From positions 271,846 through 335,845 of the forward strand of contig NMRA01000010.1 of the NCBI GenBank assembly GCA_002633005.1: a stretch of DNA of 64,000 bases, in the 5' to 3' direction. Shown piece by piece: positions 13,201 to 24,568 of this stretch. This DNA comes from Phoronis australis (Eukaryota > Animalia > Phoronida). The translations under genes were made by a program, and so were the position numbers. Under the pieces are notes generated by a model that saw nothing but the letters and a program-made list of their open reading frames with translations, did not search any database and was not told the DNA's origin. Position 1 is the first letter of the stretch; every line of letters begins with the position of its first letter.

Positions 13201-16200
13201 AAGCAATAACCTGACACCAGTAACCCGTGTTGTGAACTGCTGAACAGACTGCGTGTGAAACCAATTACGTCATTGGATTAATTTCAACACCTCCTTCTGC
13301 CGTCAGGTGTCAGGTAACGCAACTGAACGTGCCGTTATCGAGTAGAACTACTCAATTTAAATTGATACAAAATGGGTTGTTTTTTGGGTGGCATGCTCCT
13401 TTAATCCCCTATATATGGTGCTGGCTGCTTAAATCTGATTCAGAAGGAAGGTTGGCAAATAGGATTGGTTATAAATCTTAACTGTCTGTTATACCTCTTA
13501 TTTACTCATGGCCAGTGGGACAAGCCTTTAGTGTTACTGAAGTAATAACCTGCTGTGCTTTAGAAATATTATCACCATAGGGGTACTTACAGTAATTCCC
13601 TGCAAAAATGACTGATTGATTAAATTAGCTCTTGGCCACAGTAAGATTAAAAACCCGATGATAGTCGCACAAATGAAGAAGTTCATGATAAATCAACGTT
13701 TTGTCTATTCGTTAGACTGGGATATTTACATAGGACAACAAGTGCCAACATTACATCTCAGGTGACATCCATGAAGTGAAGTGAGAGATACAGTGTAGTC
13801 AGTAGCCGGTCATCACCATAGCTGCAGGGTCACTGAGCTCTGCATGTTGTTCGAGGCAGTAGCATGCTGGTTCTGAATGGCCAGTAACTCTTTAATGTAC
13901 AGTAATTCCTTATTAGTTTCACTGCAGATAACACTAACTGAATTGGTGTGTGATTGTTGTAAACACAAAGCCTATATGTTTTTTTTTTTCTCTGAGGTAT
14001 GATGCTCTCTCAGCCTGTCACACAGAGTCCAATATAGAATTCCTTACAGTTGTCACATTCAACCTTATAAACAACATTGCTCTTGTTCAATAAAGGGATG
14101 AGTGACTTCAGTTTACATAGCACATTGGAAAGTTTCCGAAGAGGTTTGAAAACAACTATCAGTTCAACGGCTGGGTCTGTGCATTGAATAAGGCGAGATA
14201 ATTGACGTTTCAATTTTATACTACTAGGCCTGGTGTAACCAAGAGAAAAGAAAACTTCCTTTTTCTCGGGTCCAATATTAGCTACCTTATCTGCCTCATT
14301 CATTTTTGAAAGGAAGTGCCTTTTGTAGCTATTCAAAAACTCAGACTGCCACCTACACACTGCAGGTCATGCTGGTAATAGACTAAGATAATACTACCGT
14401 AATCTTTCTTTTGCATAGAAATTTGACAAAATAGATCACCACTTCTGTGGCATGAAGAATTAATCTACATGGCAACAAAATAGTGAGACATATAAGGCCT
14501 TTATACTGACTTATGGAAACTGAACAGTTCATACTGGCTTCGGTAGTTAACGGACATCGAAGTAAATAGGTGACGCTGTCATCATCTTAGTCATCGCAAG
14601 GTAGCGCTGATGCATCCCATGCACGCTAAGATGTTTTTAATGTGAGAATTAGAAAAAAATTATATGCGCTAATTGACATGAAGCTTATTTCTAATTAGAA
14701 TGGTGATTATTCGAGAAAAATAATAGCAATTATTAGCTGCGACATGGCCCTTTAGTTGTTGACGATAACAGTGGCCACTGCCGATAACTTCGATGGGACC
14801 AAAATTGACCGTTCATATAGCACCGCAGCCTCGGCGCTCCGCTGTTAAATCCACCTGTTTATAACGAAGTTAACTGGTGCCAATAACCTATTAACTTCGA
14901 TCCAGGACCAAAGTTAACCGTTTGTACTGATCGCAACTCCCCAAAATAAAATGTATCGACGTTAGTATGAAAGAGCCTATAAGACTTTCCCACTTTACCA
15001 AAAAGGCTCTCATGAGGTTAGCAGAAAGTGTATACATACAGCATGTATTGACCTATAAATTCGTGCAACTTGAGATCAGTTTATTAACATATCGCCAGAT
15101 AGTGTTTGCAGGTGTTCTAATTTGACACCTGATTGACTGGTGGGTTTGTTTTATAGTGTTTTTGATATGAAATTGGTGATTTTAAGCATTTTAAAACAAA
15201 AAGTTAAGAATTCATGATCGATCCTATCAGCAACAGGGCATCCAAAATTATACAGGGATAGAACTCTCCTTTGTCCAGGAGGTAAGAAGATGCAGTGTTT
15301 TCATTGGCCTCGTCTTGGAATATCAGGCACATTTTCACACATTGTGCAGGAAACTGTCAAGGTTTATGGCTATGGAAATGTTCTGGATTTCAACCATTTA
15401 AAAATATCAGAATTGAACAGCTATATTCAATCAAGGTAATTCTGTTAGCTTAAAAATAAACCCGATGAACTTGCTTTATCCACTTGCTCTGTTCTTGTTT
15501 TTGGTTGATGTCAAGAAGGCGCAGAACTTAACATAACGCACCCAGGAATATTTGTTTCCCCTCTCAGGACAGGCACAGTTATCTTTCACCTCAGTTGGGT
15601 GAGAGCCCTAGGTCATACAAAAGGTCTCAACGACCACTGTATAATCAGAAATCTTGCACTCATCAAATACTAGGGTAGATGCTTTCAATGTGGCAAGGCA
15701 CAAATACATAAGTTGTTAATCTGAAACAGCTGCAAAAATACAGTGAGTAAACGCAAGTCTATCATGTCAACTGTACAAAAACTGTCACTGACTTCTATAC
15801 CTAAGTTAAACATAGAGAGGAGTCGTTTTCATTTTTTGCTTGTGAAGCAGTGGAGACTATACTACAGGGGCGGATCAAGGATTTTGAGTTTGGGGGGGGC
15901 ATGACAGAGTATTAGCCATGATTTTACCCATCAGACATTTGCACTCCCGTACCGCTGAATGGAATCTAGGAGAATTTTAGGGGGGCATGGCCCCCTTAAA
16001 TCCGCCACTGTACTAATCGTTGATTCATTCTCCAATGGGTTTTGGAAATTCAGATTTCAATGTAAACAACAATCTTTTGCCAACACCAAATGATCTGAAA
16101 AGCTGATTAGCTCCGAAGAACAGGGATATACCTATTGCAGGTCTTAACCCTAGTCCTGCTAACCACATGGTTATCCCGCATATCCCGGCCACATGTGGCA

Positions 16201-17792
16201 GCCCTTAAACAAGAGACCCTTCCAAAGCACTCACGAGACCAGATAAGGCTTTTGGACATCTGAAGATGAAGTGGTGCACAGAAACGATTTTGCAATGTCA
16301 CTTTTTCCGACATCATATATTTGCGCTGCATGTCATTGGTACATAAACATTTTCATAGAGGGCACTGCGACTGCTTAATGCTGGCCAACAAGCACATCCT
16401 GCATGACAACCATAATACCCATAACATTCACTCTGTAACAGGACAATACAGAGCAGACGACCATTTGAAACAAATGCCAGTGTCCAAAACAACTGAATGT
16501 TATCCCTGCAGTCAAGCCTATTGCACACATAATATCCCAACTTTTTTCGTTTTTTGAGTTGTTTCATCAAAGTCGAATTGATATCTCTTCATGTAAAAAA
16601 TTGCATTTTAAAAGCAATTCCTAATTTAGTATTTGAAAACAGTGCATAAAGCACACTGAAACTGAAAGTGATGAAGTAAATGTCGACGTCAGTCCCGGCT
16701 GTGGCGTCTCTGTGTAATACATTAGTGTCATATGAATCCGATCTGCCATTTATGAGACATGGCGTCTTGAAGTTGGCCAAATTTATCCATTTTACTAGGG
16801 CCCTACATAACCTAATAAAGCATTCTGAAGCCAGTTAGGGTCTGCGTGAGGCAAAAGTGATAACCAGCGGGAATTCTTGGACCTTAAGTTAAGAGGGGAA
16901 TTTCACCGTGATCAGTAAATTCTGTATACTTTTCAGAGGGCAACGACTGACACTCGGCCCCAAAATCCAGGCATCAAGGGCCCTGCACCAGTTTGAACAG
17001 GAAGGAAATTGAGACAAATCACAACAGATCCAGTGGCGGATTTAGGGGGGGGGGCAAGGGGCCCATGGCCCCCCCTAAAGTTCTACCAGATACCATTTGG
17101 CAGTTCGGGTGCAAATTGCTGACTAGCACGTGCGCGGGGGGGNNNNNNNNNNNNNNNNNNNNNNNNNNNNNNNNNNNNNNNNTGCCCTGCCCCCCCCCCC
17201 CCCCCAACTCAAAACCCTGGATCCGCCCCTGAGATCTGTCCTTAAAATGATTATAAATTTGTTAAACATCCCATAGATAAATACCAGGCTAACCCTAGCA
17301 AGAATGCATTACTCTATTTCAGTATATCAAAATTTGAATGACCAATGCTTAGCCAGGATTTTTGCCTCCAACATATGGGTCCTACAGTACTTGTCTACTA
17401 AGGCGGAAGAGATCAAGTAAATTTTCCAAAGTGAGTTACATAAATTACCATGTGTAGGTTGTACCCGTGGTGCAGGTCATTGTGGGCCTATCATAACATC
17501 AGGACCGTAAACATTACCTATCATGTGACACGGCGTTTCAGGACTTTGTATAATCCCTGTGATCCACGTTGTATTGACAATCAGCAAGTCTTACATTACT
17601 TGCACACTGGTCACTAAGCCTACTTAATTGACTTCAGAAACAACTTCCAAGTTTGGGAGTGTTAGTCTGCCACGCTACACGATAATTTCATTGTGCATCA
17701 CATTAAAAATTGAATCACCTGAGTGTGATGTACTCACCCATCAAAACACTGGTGATTATCACTGAAAACATCTCGACATCCACATTAAACAT
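1160..17792 (-). CDS. Secreted Cu/Zn-SOD-fold protein, probably SOD-repeat protein (CSRP/Rsod-like); 5' part only (3 exons)
   Basis: Exons 17792 (or 17771)-17738, 10867-10654 and 1254-1160 splice in frame. Product: MFSVIITSVLMVGAVHC|AEVMKAEFSMNGVKGYVEF...FICTFPVVWDSKNRCADSVLG...FDLSGPKSVQG. It has a signal-peptide-like start, the A-x-F-x-M-x-G-V-x-G-x-V-x-F first strands, FPV...C...LG, and the L-x-G-x-x-S-V-x-G pre-GRS motif of SOD-like repeats. Confidence 0.72.
2499..3070 (+). mobile_element. Dispersed repeat, hAT-like non-autonomous fragment, copy 1
   Basis: Begins CAGGGCCGTGGGAAG; 2560-3055 aligns colinearly with 18220-18727. Confidence 0.65.
3344..3442. repeat. 36-bp tandem repeat, ~3 copies
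   Basis: GTGTACAC recurs at 3363, 3399 and 3435. Confidence 0.85.
8748..9510 (+). mobile_element. Penelope-like element remnant (GIY-YIG C-terminus plus pseudo-LTR pieces)
   Basis: 9232-9375 encodes EHLG..SHTVCGKHAKILAKEENWFSRKIKESKYIK..TMNHNQG, homologous to 41172-41465; 8785-8820 is an inverted copy of 9470-9505. Confidence 0.75.
10654..10867 (-). CDS. SOD-repeat-like gene exon 2
   Basis: ttttcag| acceptor, AG|GTAAT donor; lies within ORF 10650..10982. Confidence 0.8.
11758..13400 (-). mobile_element. Non-autonomous Kolobok DNA transposon, copy 1 (inverted relative to the other two)
   Basis: Right end GGGTGGCATGCTCCT|TTAA, left end ATGCCACCCG; THAP stub WCIVPACLNY...FFQLP...RKW...RVCGRHF on + at ~11930-12130; colinear with 54850-56259. 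Confidence 0.85.
13900..14360 (-). mobile_element. Penelope-like retroelement fragment (linker plus GIY-YIG start)
   Basis: ORF 14010..14360 contains VVFKP...KLKSLIPLLNKSNVVYKVECDNCKEFYIG, typical of the PLE GIY-YIG N-terminus. Confidence 0.8.
15865..16010. mobile_element. hAT-like MITE with 5-bp TSD
   Basis: TIR CAGGGGCGGAT / ATCCGCCACTG; TSD TACTA on both sides. Confidence 0.85.
17031..17231. mobile_element. hAT-like MITE with 5-bp TSD (contains an assembly gap)
   Basis: TIR CAGTGGCGGAT / ATCCGCCCCTG; TSD AGATC on both sides; Ns at 17143-17182 lie between G and C runs. Confidence 0.85.
17738..17792 (-). CDS. SOD-repeat-like gene exon 1 (signal peptide)
   Basis: In-frame ATGs at 17792 and 17771 with an upstream in-frame stop; donor ATGG|GTGAGT phase 1 matches the next exon. 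Confidence 0.65.
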
Positions 17793-18214
17793 CCAAGTCA
17801 GGTAGAAATCGAATAGTATTGGCCTACGACAACGGTTGCGAAAATGATAACTGAGCTAAAACTTCGCGCTGGAGTCCCACCAAAGGGGTTCTTCTCTCTG
17901 TGTGGTTGGAAGAGTCCATTTTCAAAGGGAGTGTGATCTGACTGTAGGCAGTGAGTGTGAACCCGTCTCGATTCTATGGTTGGCCGTCGGATGACAAGCG
18001 TTACGGTCACCGTAAGTTACGTTTGTAAATAACCGGCATAGAAAGTTTTTCACACCCGTGTTTTACGAGCGTGATGAGCGTGCTTCCCGGGTGTAGAATA
18101 CGAACGCGAATTATGAGCTACATTGCCGCGCTTAAATGTCGTAATTTTCTGCGGTGTAAAAATCAAAAACTGGCTAAAATTCGATCGAGGTATGCACACT
18201 CCCAAAAAAAATTT

Positions 18215-19037
18215 TTTTTTTCAGGCCTTTGGGTTAAACCGTGGCAACCAACATAGGCATGATGCCGGGGAGTCGAGAAAAGAAAGACTGCGAAAAACGG
18301 ACAAGAGAGAAAATTCTAGAGCACATTTAACAAGTCTGCATCAGTGCATGGTTTACCTTTTGAGGACCCTGCCCAGGACACTGTCGTTAGGGTCTCCGCT
18401 TTCAAAGTTTGCAGCACAGGTTGTCTAGTAAACGCACACATATATTTCGAAAAATCAAGAAAATTTGTAAAGCAAAGCTTTTGCGGAGCGTACTAATTTA
18501 CTGGATGTTTAAATTCAATAAGTCCATTTTGCGAATGCAAAACTATAATTGTCCAGAGGCCCCTCTCTGGCAAAGGATAACGGAGACAACTTTTGCTTTA
18601 TTTTTATCTCGAAACTGAGAAAAATTAATGACCTGACAGATAACATCAATTGCTGCGCATTTCCTGATATCTGAAAATACATATATTTGCATATTTAGGA
18701 GCCCTGCATTTGAAGGAGGCCATTGATGACATTCAGCCCCAAAGGCACTATACCAGGGACTTCGGGGCCCCCATCTTTAACAAAACTCTTTGAAAGAATG
18801 ACCATAATAAAATAAAGTTTTCCCGAAACTGGATCACAACAAAACGAATCTTGACCTCAGAACGAGCGCAGACGACCGGTATGAGCAAAGCTGCCTGTTT
18901 CAAGTGAATCATAACTGACCTGACCAGCAACTAGCTTTAGTTCATTGGGAATTTCGGAGGTGGTGGCGACGAGGGTTATTTGGTGACGTCGAAATGTTTT
19001 GTGCCCCCCCAATAATTTTTGTCTTCCTACGGGCCTG
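18215..19037 (+). mobile_element. Dispersed repeat copy 2 with a hAT-like terminus
   Basis: 18220-18727 matches 2560-3055; CTTCCTACGGGCCTG ending at 19037 is a near reverse complement of the 2499 terminus. Confidence 0.6.
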
Positions 19038-19078
19038 TGATGTGAGTGACACATTTTCAAAAACCTTGGTTTCAATGG

Positions 19079-22000
19079 TATACCGGGACCCCAGAGCTTT
19101 TTTAGGCATGAAAAGGTAACTAAGTTTCTTTGGTGCCACAGTGCTCTATGGGTATCCTCGTGCTTGGAAATGGCCGTCTGGCAGATTCGCTCTGGTGGGT
19201 GTGGTCAGGGGAGCCAGGGCTATTTTTAAGAACTGCTTACAATACCTACAACGTAATCCAATGTATAAAAATTGGTCATTGCCAGACAATTTCAGTGGTG
19301 GGTAGTATTAGCCAGACGGTTTCAAAACATACATCGTACGTCAGCCCAGGTATCACGAATAAACACTGCCAGACAAATCTAGTGGTGGGTTAACCCTGCC
19401 ACACACGCCCAAATACCCGAGTTGAAATAGATCAACCCACCAGGTAACCGTTTGAAACCAATTGCACTATTATCACCATCCGATACTGCACATGACACAA
19501 CAGTAAGATGCCAGACACTTTCAGCGGTGGGTTGTCCCCGCCATACAAATTAAAGATCCTCGAAACAAAACTCTTTATTGGCCCATTCACGCTGAATAAG
19601 CACCACATTGAGGAACCAGGCACTTCGATTTTCAATAAATCCAGTGAGTCCGTACCACATAGGTCGCTACACAATGTGAGAGATTTTTGTCCGCATGTTT
19701 ACGTCAGGGCTTGAAAACCAGAAACAGCGCGCCTGAGGTTGGAACGACTTCACAAGTCTATGCGACAACAGCGGCCGGGATACTCCACATTATTCACTAT
19801 TGAAAACAAAACCCAAAAAACCGTCCTTGACGGATGGCACATTGTGTTTGCACGAATCTCGCTTTTTCGTGGTCATAGTTTACCACTCTAAACCACATGA
19901 CGGCATTCTGTCGTTAAGCAACTTTTCCAGACGTGAGGGGTGCTGAACGTTGGATAACATCTGGCTCCTTTGTTAACTGGCCAGCACAATCTTTTGTCCC
20001 GTATGACAACCAGCAGGCCAATTATCTCCCAGGCTTCGAAGGGTTACTGAAACCTGGCAGAATGGATTGTCGTAACTTCTGTTGAAGTTTGGCAATTTTA
20101 GTGATTCAAAATTAAACATGTTCAGCATTTGACAAGGAATTCAGAAATGCTATTGACTTGTGTTCAAATATGTTATAACTTAACTTTCATTTTTAGCAGC
20201 ACAGCCCAGTCGGGCTAAATACAATGTGATCGGAGATTACAGCAATTATCGAACAAAAGAGAGTAGGCACTCCAGCCATAAATGCCAGAATGGAGTAATT
20301 AAGTCTTGTAAGATATTGCCTACAGGAATGATCTTCCCAACTTGTTGTTGGGCTATAGAATCGAACAAGTTGGGAGCAACGGGAAAACGCCGTAATGATT
20401 TGCCTCCCTTTAGGACGAATTTTACCCAAATCCACTTCTTCGTTCGATGCAACTGCTAAAACGAGGAATAATCCGAATACCGTCTTCTGCTGTCGTCTGC
20501 GTTATGTATGCGCGCCAGCTACCTTCATTTCACACAGTGATTAATGAAAAAGTTAGCAAAACTGCTCAGTTTTGGGCAATCTACATCTTTGTCATAAACC
20601 TTGCCCACAGAGAACTCAAGAGATAAGTCAAGACCAATGACGTCAGTAGCTCTTTCAACAATTTCCCGACAATGCTAGATGTATTCTTTGCCCTGAACCG
20701 CCCAATCTACTCCAACTGGGGAACATTGCTTTACCAAAAGTTGACATTTGCAGACCCAACATTTTATGAAGTGCTGTAAAACAGCACGTTCTCAGTGCGA
20801 CGTTCAAGGAAGAACTTCAGTAGATCGGCTGCTGACCTCTCTTTGGAACAGTCCGTTAGCCGGGATAGCATCGAGCATGATGGGGATAGTGGCTTTCCGC
20901 AATGCGTTGATTTTCCCTCTCTATGACACAAATGGCAGTGGCTGTAACTGAGCTTAAGACAATGGCAAGACTTGGAATTGGGTAGAATGCAAAGAGTTAG
21001 TTCAATCCTTCAATAATCAAAAAGATAACGAACAAATGCCATCACTCAGTGTGAAAACCGATTCATGCAATCCGTTTACGAACGATGCTCCACCCGGTCT
21101 GGTTAACATCGTAACTGGCCAGGCAGCATCCCAAGCGACGGAAGACTATCTGGTTAATGCGCTGATCCGAGGCTATGATGTGAGAAAAAAATTCCGACAC
21201 GAATGGGAAAACGACAGCAAATAGGTTAGTGCGACTAGTGAAACGTACAGTTGTCGAAAATTTCGCTGCTGATACGTGAAAAAGAAAACCAAGTCATCGG
21301 CCTCACAGATCACGACAACCGCAGAGAGCCTTATAGATTTGTGCATACACATAATCGTAGTTGTAGCAGAGAGAACAGACATCGATCTCCAAAAATTTCT
21401 CTCACATCCAGTCACAGTACCTTATCCGTTATCACTCGCTCATTGCGATGGAGCGCTCGTCAAACCCGAAAAGTCTACTTTGTTGAAAAAAATTGAATTG
21501 TTCCAGACAGAACCTATAACAGAAGAAGACTTTCTGTAAGGCTACGTGACGATTTGTGATGGCGGATTTCTTCTACATTCAGTTTTGCCACACTCCAAAC
21601 GGGAAGTAGGCGTAACTTACGGATCAGTTGCCCGATCGATGTTATCAGTGGTCTGTTTGAAGACAAGTATGTTGAAAAGTCAATTAAGGACAGTGAACGG
21701 GAACAACACAGCAAACGTAATTCCATGTATACCATGACAGTGCTTGGTCAAACTATGCGACAGAGCTCATAGACACTTCATAGCAACACCTTGTTCAAGA
21801 ATGAACTGGTATATGTTTGGTGGGACTCCTCGTTTGTTGCCCACGGTGGTGACTGCTACCAGTTCTTTCCCGACGATAACCAGCACATCATGGACACAAA
21901 ACCTGACCATCTTCAAGACGACCACGAGGAAGCGAACACGTTGATTGCGTTCCACGTCGCAAACATCCCTGTCGGCCATATCATAGTGAGCGCTTCAGAT

Positions 22001-23765
22001 ACAAATGTTTTAGTAATCTTGAATGACACTTGGACAGCAGCTGAAAGTAATGAAAAGCTCACCAATATGTTCGCTACTTTTGGAGATGTGCATGACAGCA
22101 TCGATTTTGGTTTTTCACTGAATTCGTGTATCACATGTACGCAAAAAGCAAGGTAAAAAATGTTAACGAGGGCCTCTTGGTCATACTTATGGACACTACT
22201 GGCAAAGTTGTTGCGGTATGTAGTGATAACCTGTAAACAATATAATTATTCGATCTGATAATACATAGCTACCATCAAAGTCCCCTATGGTTATATTTTT
22301 TAAATTTAGAACCCACTTGCAAATGCAAAACGAATTGGCTTCGTGTTGCTCCCAGTTGTCTTCGTAGCCTGCAGATGAAGATTCGCCGAACTCAGTACGT
22401 CACAGAACTATGGACCCGTGCCGCGACAGCATATCCTGGGGATGGACTGAAACCAACTGATTATGGCTGGCATGCAACTGAAACTCACACGTTACTGCTA
22501 CCTTGGTTTGAGGGGTTTATTCCCCCTGACATTTTGTTCAGTTCGAATGCAGAAGTCAACAAAAGTAAACACGGGAATGAACAAACCATCACTAGAGTTA
22601 GTTCGCCTGAAGATCTGGTAGATTCCGGAGAGGAACTATGGAGTGAAGATTCCGACTCCGATGAAGAGGATTAGTTACGGCACTTTGGATTGACTAAAAC
22701 ATGACCTGTGAATAAGTTGGCTCATTGAGATAAGATGACTATTGGTTTTAGCTATAAGTCTTCTTTTATTTTTTTAAGTTATTGTGTTCTCCAAAAAGGC
22801 TGAAGACACCTCTACGGTACCTGACATTGGATTCACATGGTCGTGTTAGATTGCGTGGAAACTATCAAAGTTGTGATTCAGTTTAGTTAGATTGACAACC
22901 ATTTCATTTGCCCGACACAGATACGCCGGCAATAGAACTGTTCGTTTTATGTCTTCATAGTGCGAATAAAACATGAATTGATTATTCCTAGATGTTGTTT
23001 ATGGTGCTAAGTCATCGTGGCGAAGGCCCCAAGCATCCACTTGGGGGGAAGGTATCCAACCACGTGTTAATCTTTTTGGAAATCGTGGCTGATTTGGAGT
23101 TGAATTTAATAAAGATTCTAGGCTGTTTCAGATTTTTATTTTTTTTATCACTAGGCTAGATACATTTGAATAGAGAGAGAGAGTGGGGTGTCCAATAAAA
23201 GGTCGCCCGTGCATCGACCAAACCTCTGCATGCTATTGCCCTACCGCTGAAATTGTGTGTAAGGTACCTTGCAAGCGGAATGCTGTTGGACATTATGCAG
23301 ATGGTTTCAAATGGTTACCTGGCGGTTAAATCAGATATTTGGTCATGTCTGGCGGGGCTAACCCACCACTAGATTTGTCTGGCAGTGTTTATTCGTGATA
23401 CCTGGGCTGACGGTGTATAGATTTTGCAACTGGTTTCATGCGGTTACCTCTTCGATTGGTCTAGCTCAATTTTACCCTGTTTATAACCGCCTGGTTCACA
23501 CACCCCACCATTGCCTTGTCTGGCCGTGACCGATTTTGATACAATCGATTACATAGTAGGTATTGTAGGCAGGTTTAAGTGGTTACCAGAATAATTGATC
23601 TAGCTCAATTTTTGAGTGCCATTATCTTGGCTACCTTGACCACACCCACCAGAGGGAACATGCCAGACGCACATTTCCAAGCATGAGGATAACCACATAG
23701 CACTGTGGCACCAAAGAAAATTGGTTACTTTTTCATGCCCAAAAAAGCTCTGGGATCCCTGTCTA
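19079..23765 (+). mobile_element. Academ (XPG/PIN-type) DNA transposon, decayed
   Basis: Long imperfect TIRs (TATACCGGGACCCCAGAGC... / ...GCTCTGGGATCCCTGTCTA) with internal CCAGACAAT..AGTGGTGGG repeats; flanks ATGG/TTGG. Frameshifted transposase remnants at 20600-22674: YFFALNRPIY..WG, PYPLSLAHCDGALVKPEKSTLL, HEEANT...SDTNV, P.DYGW. Confidence 0.82.
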
Positions 23766-23774
23766 TTGGCATTT

Positions 23775-24230
23775 CAGGACTGGAGTTCTATGCGAGAAAT
23801 ACATACTGGTCGTTATGTAAACACTTCTGTAAGTGAAAGACCTTGCTTGTGTTGTGATTCTGATTCTGTGGAGGATGAGCTACATTTTGTGTTTGATTGT
23901 TCTCTTCATAATTCACGGAGGTCTATTCTATTTAATAGTGTTTCACTTCAAGTCCCGAACTTTGCAGATTTCAGAAGATTATATCAGTTAAAATTACTGT
24001 TTTAGTATTTCCCTAGGCAATTTGCCAAATATATCAATTCGACAAATATGTCAAGTCTGCTTTTGAACTTAGTAACCGACACATTTATGGTAGGCCTACG
24101 TCTGAGTTGTGTGGTTAAAGTGACTAATAAGCCCAACTGGGCTGGATACGTGTCTTTCTTACGAATGTTATACCAAAAACTGTTTGAATCAATTGTACTT
24201 GTCACTATAATAAATAAATACATACAAAAA
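23775..24230 (+). mobile_element. CR1/L2-group LINE 3' end
   Basis: IHTGRY...ERPCLCC...VEDELHFVFDC C-terminal motif, then AATAAA and a short repetitive A-rich tail at ~24210-24230; 5' side abuts the Academ TIR. Confidence 0.75.
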
Positions 24231-24242
24231 ACGTAGCGAGAG

Positions 24243-24338
24243 TGGCGTAGATGAAGTAATATCCTACGAGACATTATTCCTTCGGTCTCGGTCGATACGC
24301 GGAATAAGGTCGAGTGGGATATTACTTCATCTACGCCA
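24243..24338. repeat. Palindrome/hairpin (MITE-like core)
   Basis: TGGCGTAGATGAAGTAATATCC ... GGATATTACTTCATCTACGCCA inverted repeat. Confidence 0.8.
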
Positions 24339-24568
24339 ATCGAGGCATGTTTTGTATTTAACCCATACGCTTCAAACTCCTAAGTTTCTTTCATTTCTTA
24401 GTCAGATTTTTAAATACTTTACTCAGACTGTTCACGTGGCGGATCACATCCTATATGTATGTACTTGCGCGTTAGGTTGCAAGTTTTCTCTGGTAAACGA
24501 AACTGTTTTAACTGCAACGGTAGGCGTGTCGAGCAATTTGGAAATCACACCCATGCTAAGTGACTATG

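Noticed and set aside
16320-16560. Possible Tc1-like transposase N-terminal relic
   Set aside because: Resemblance too weak; no TIRs or DDE region found
17143-17182. Run of Ns
   Set aside because: Assembly gap in the G/C-rich MITE hairpin, not a biological feature
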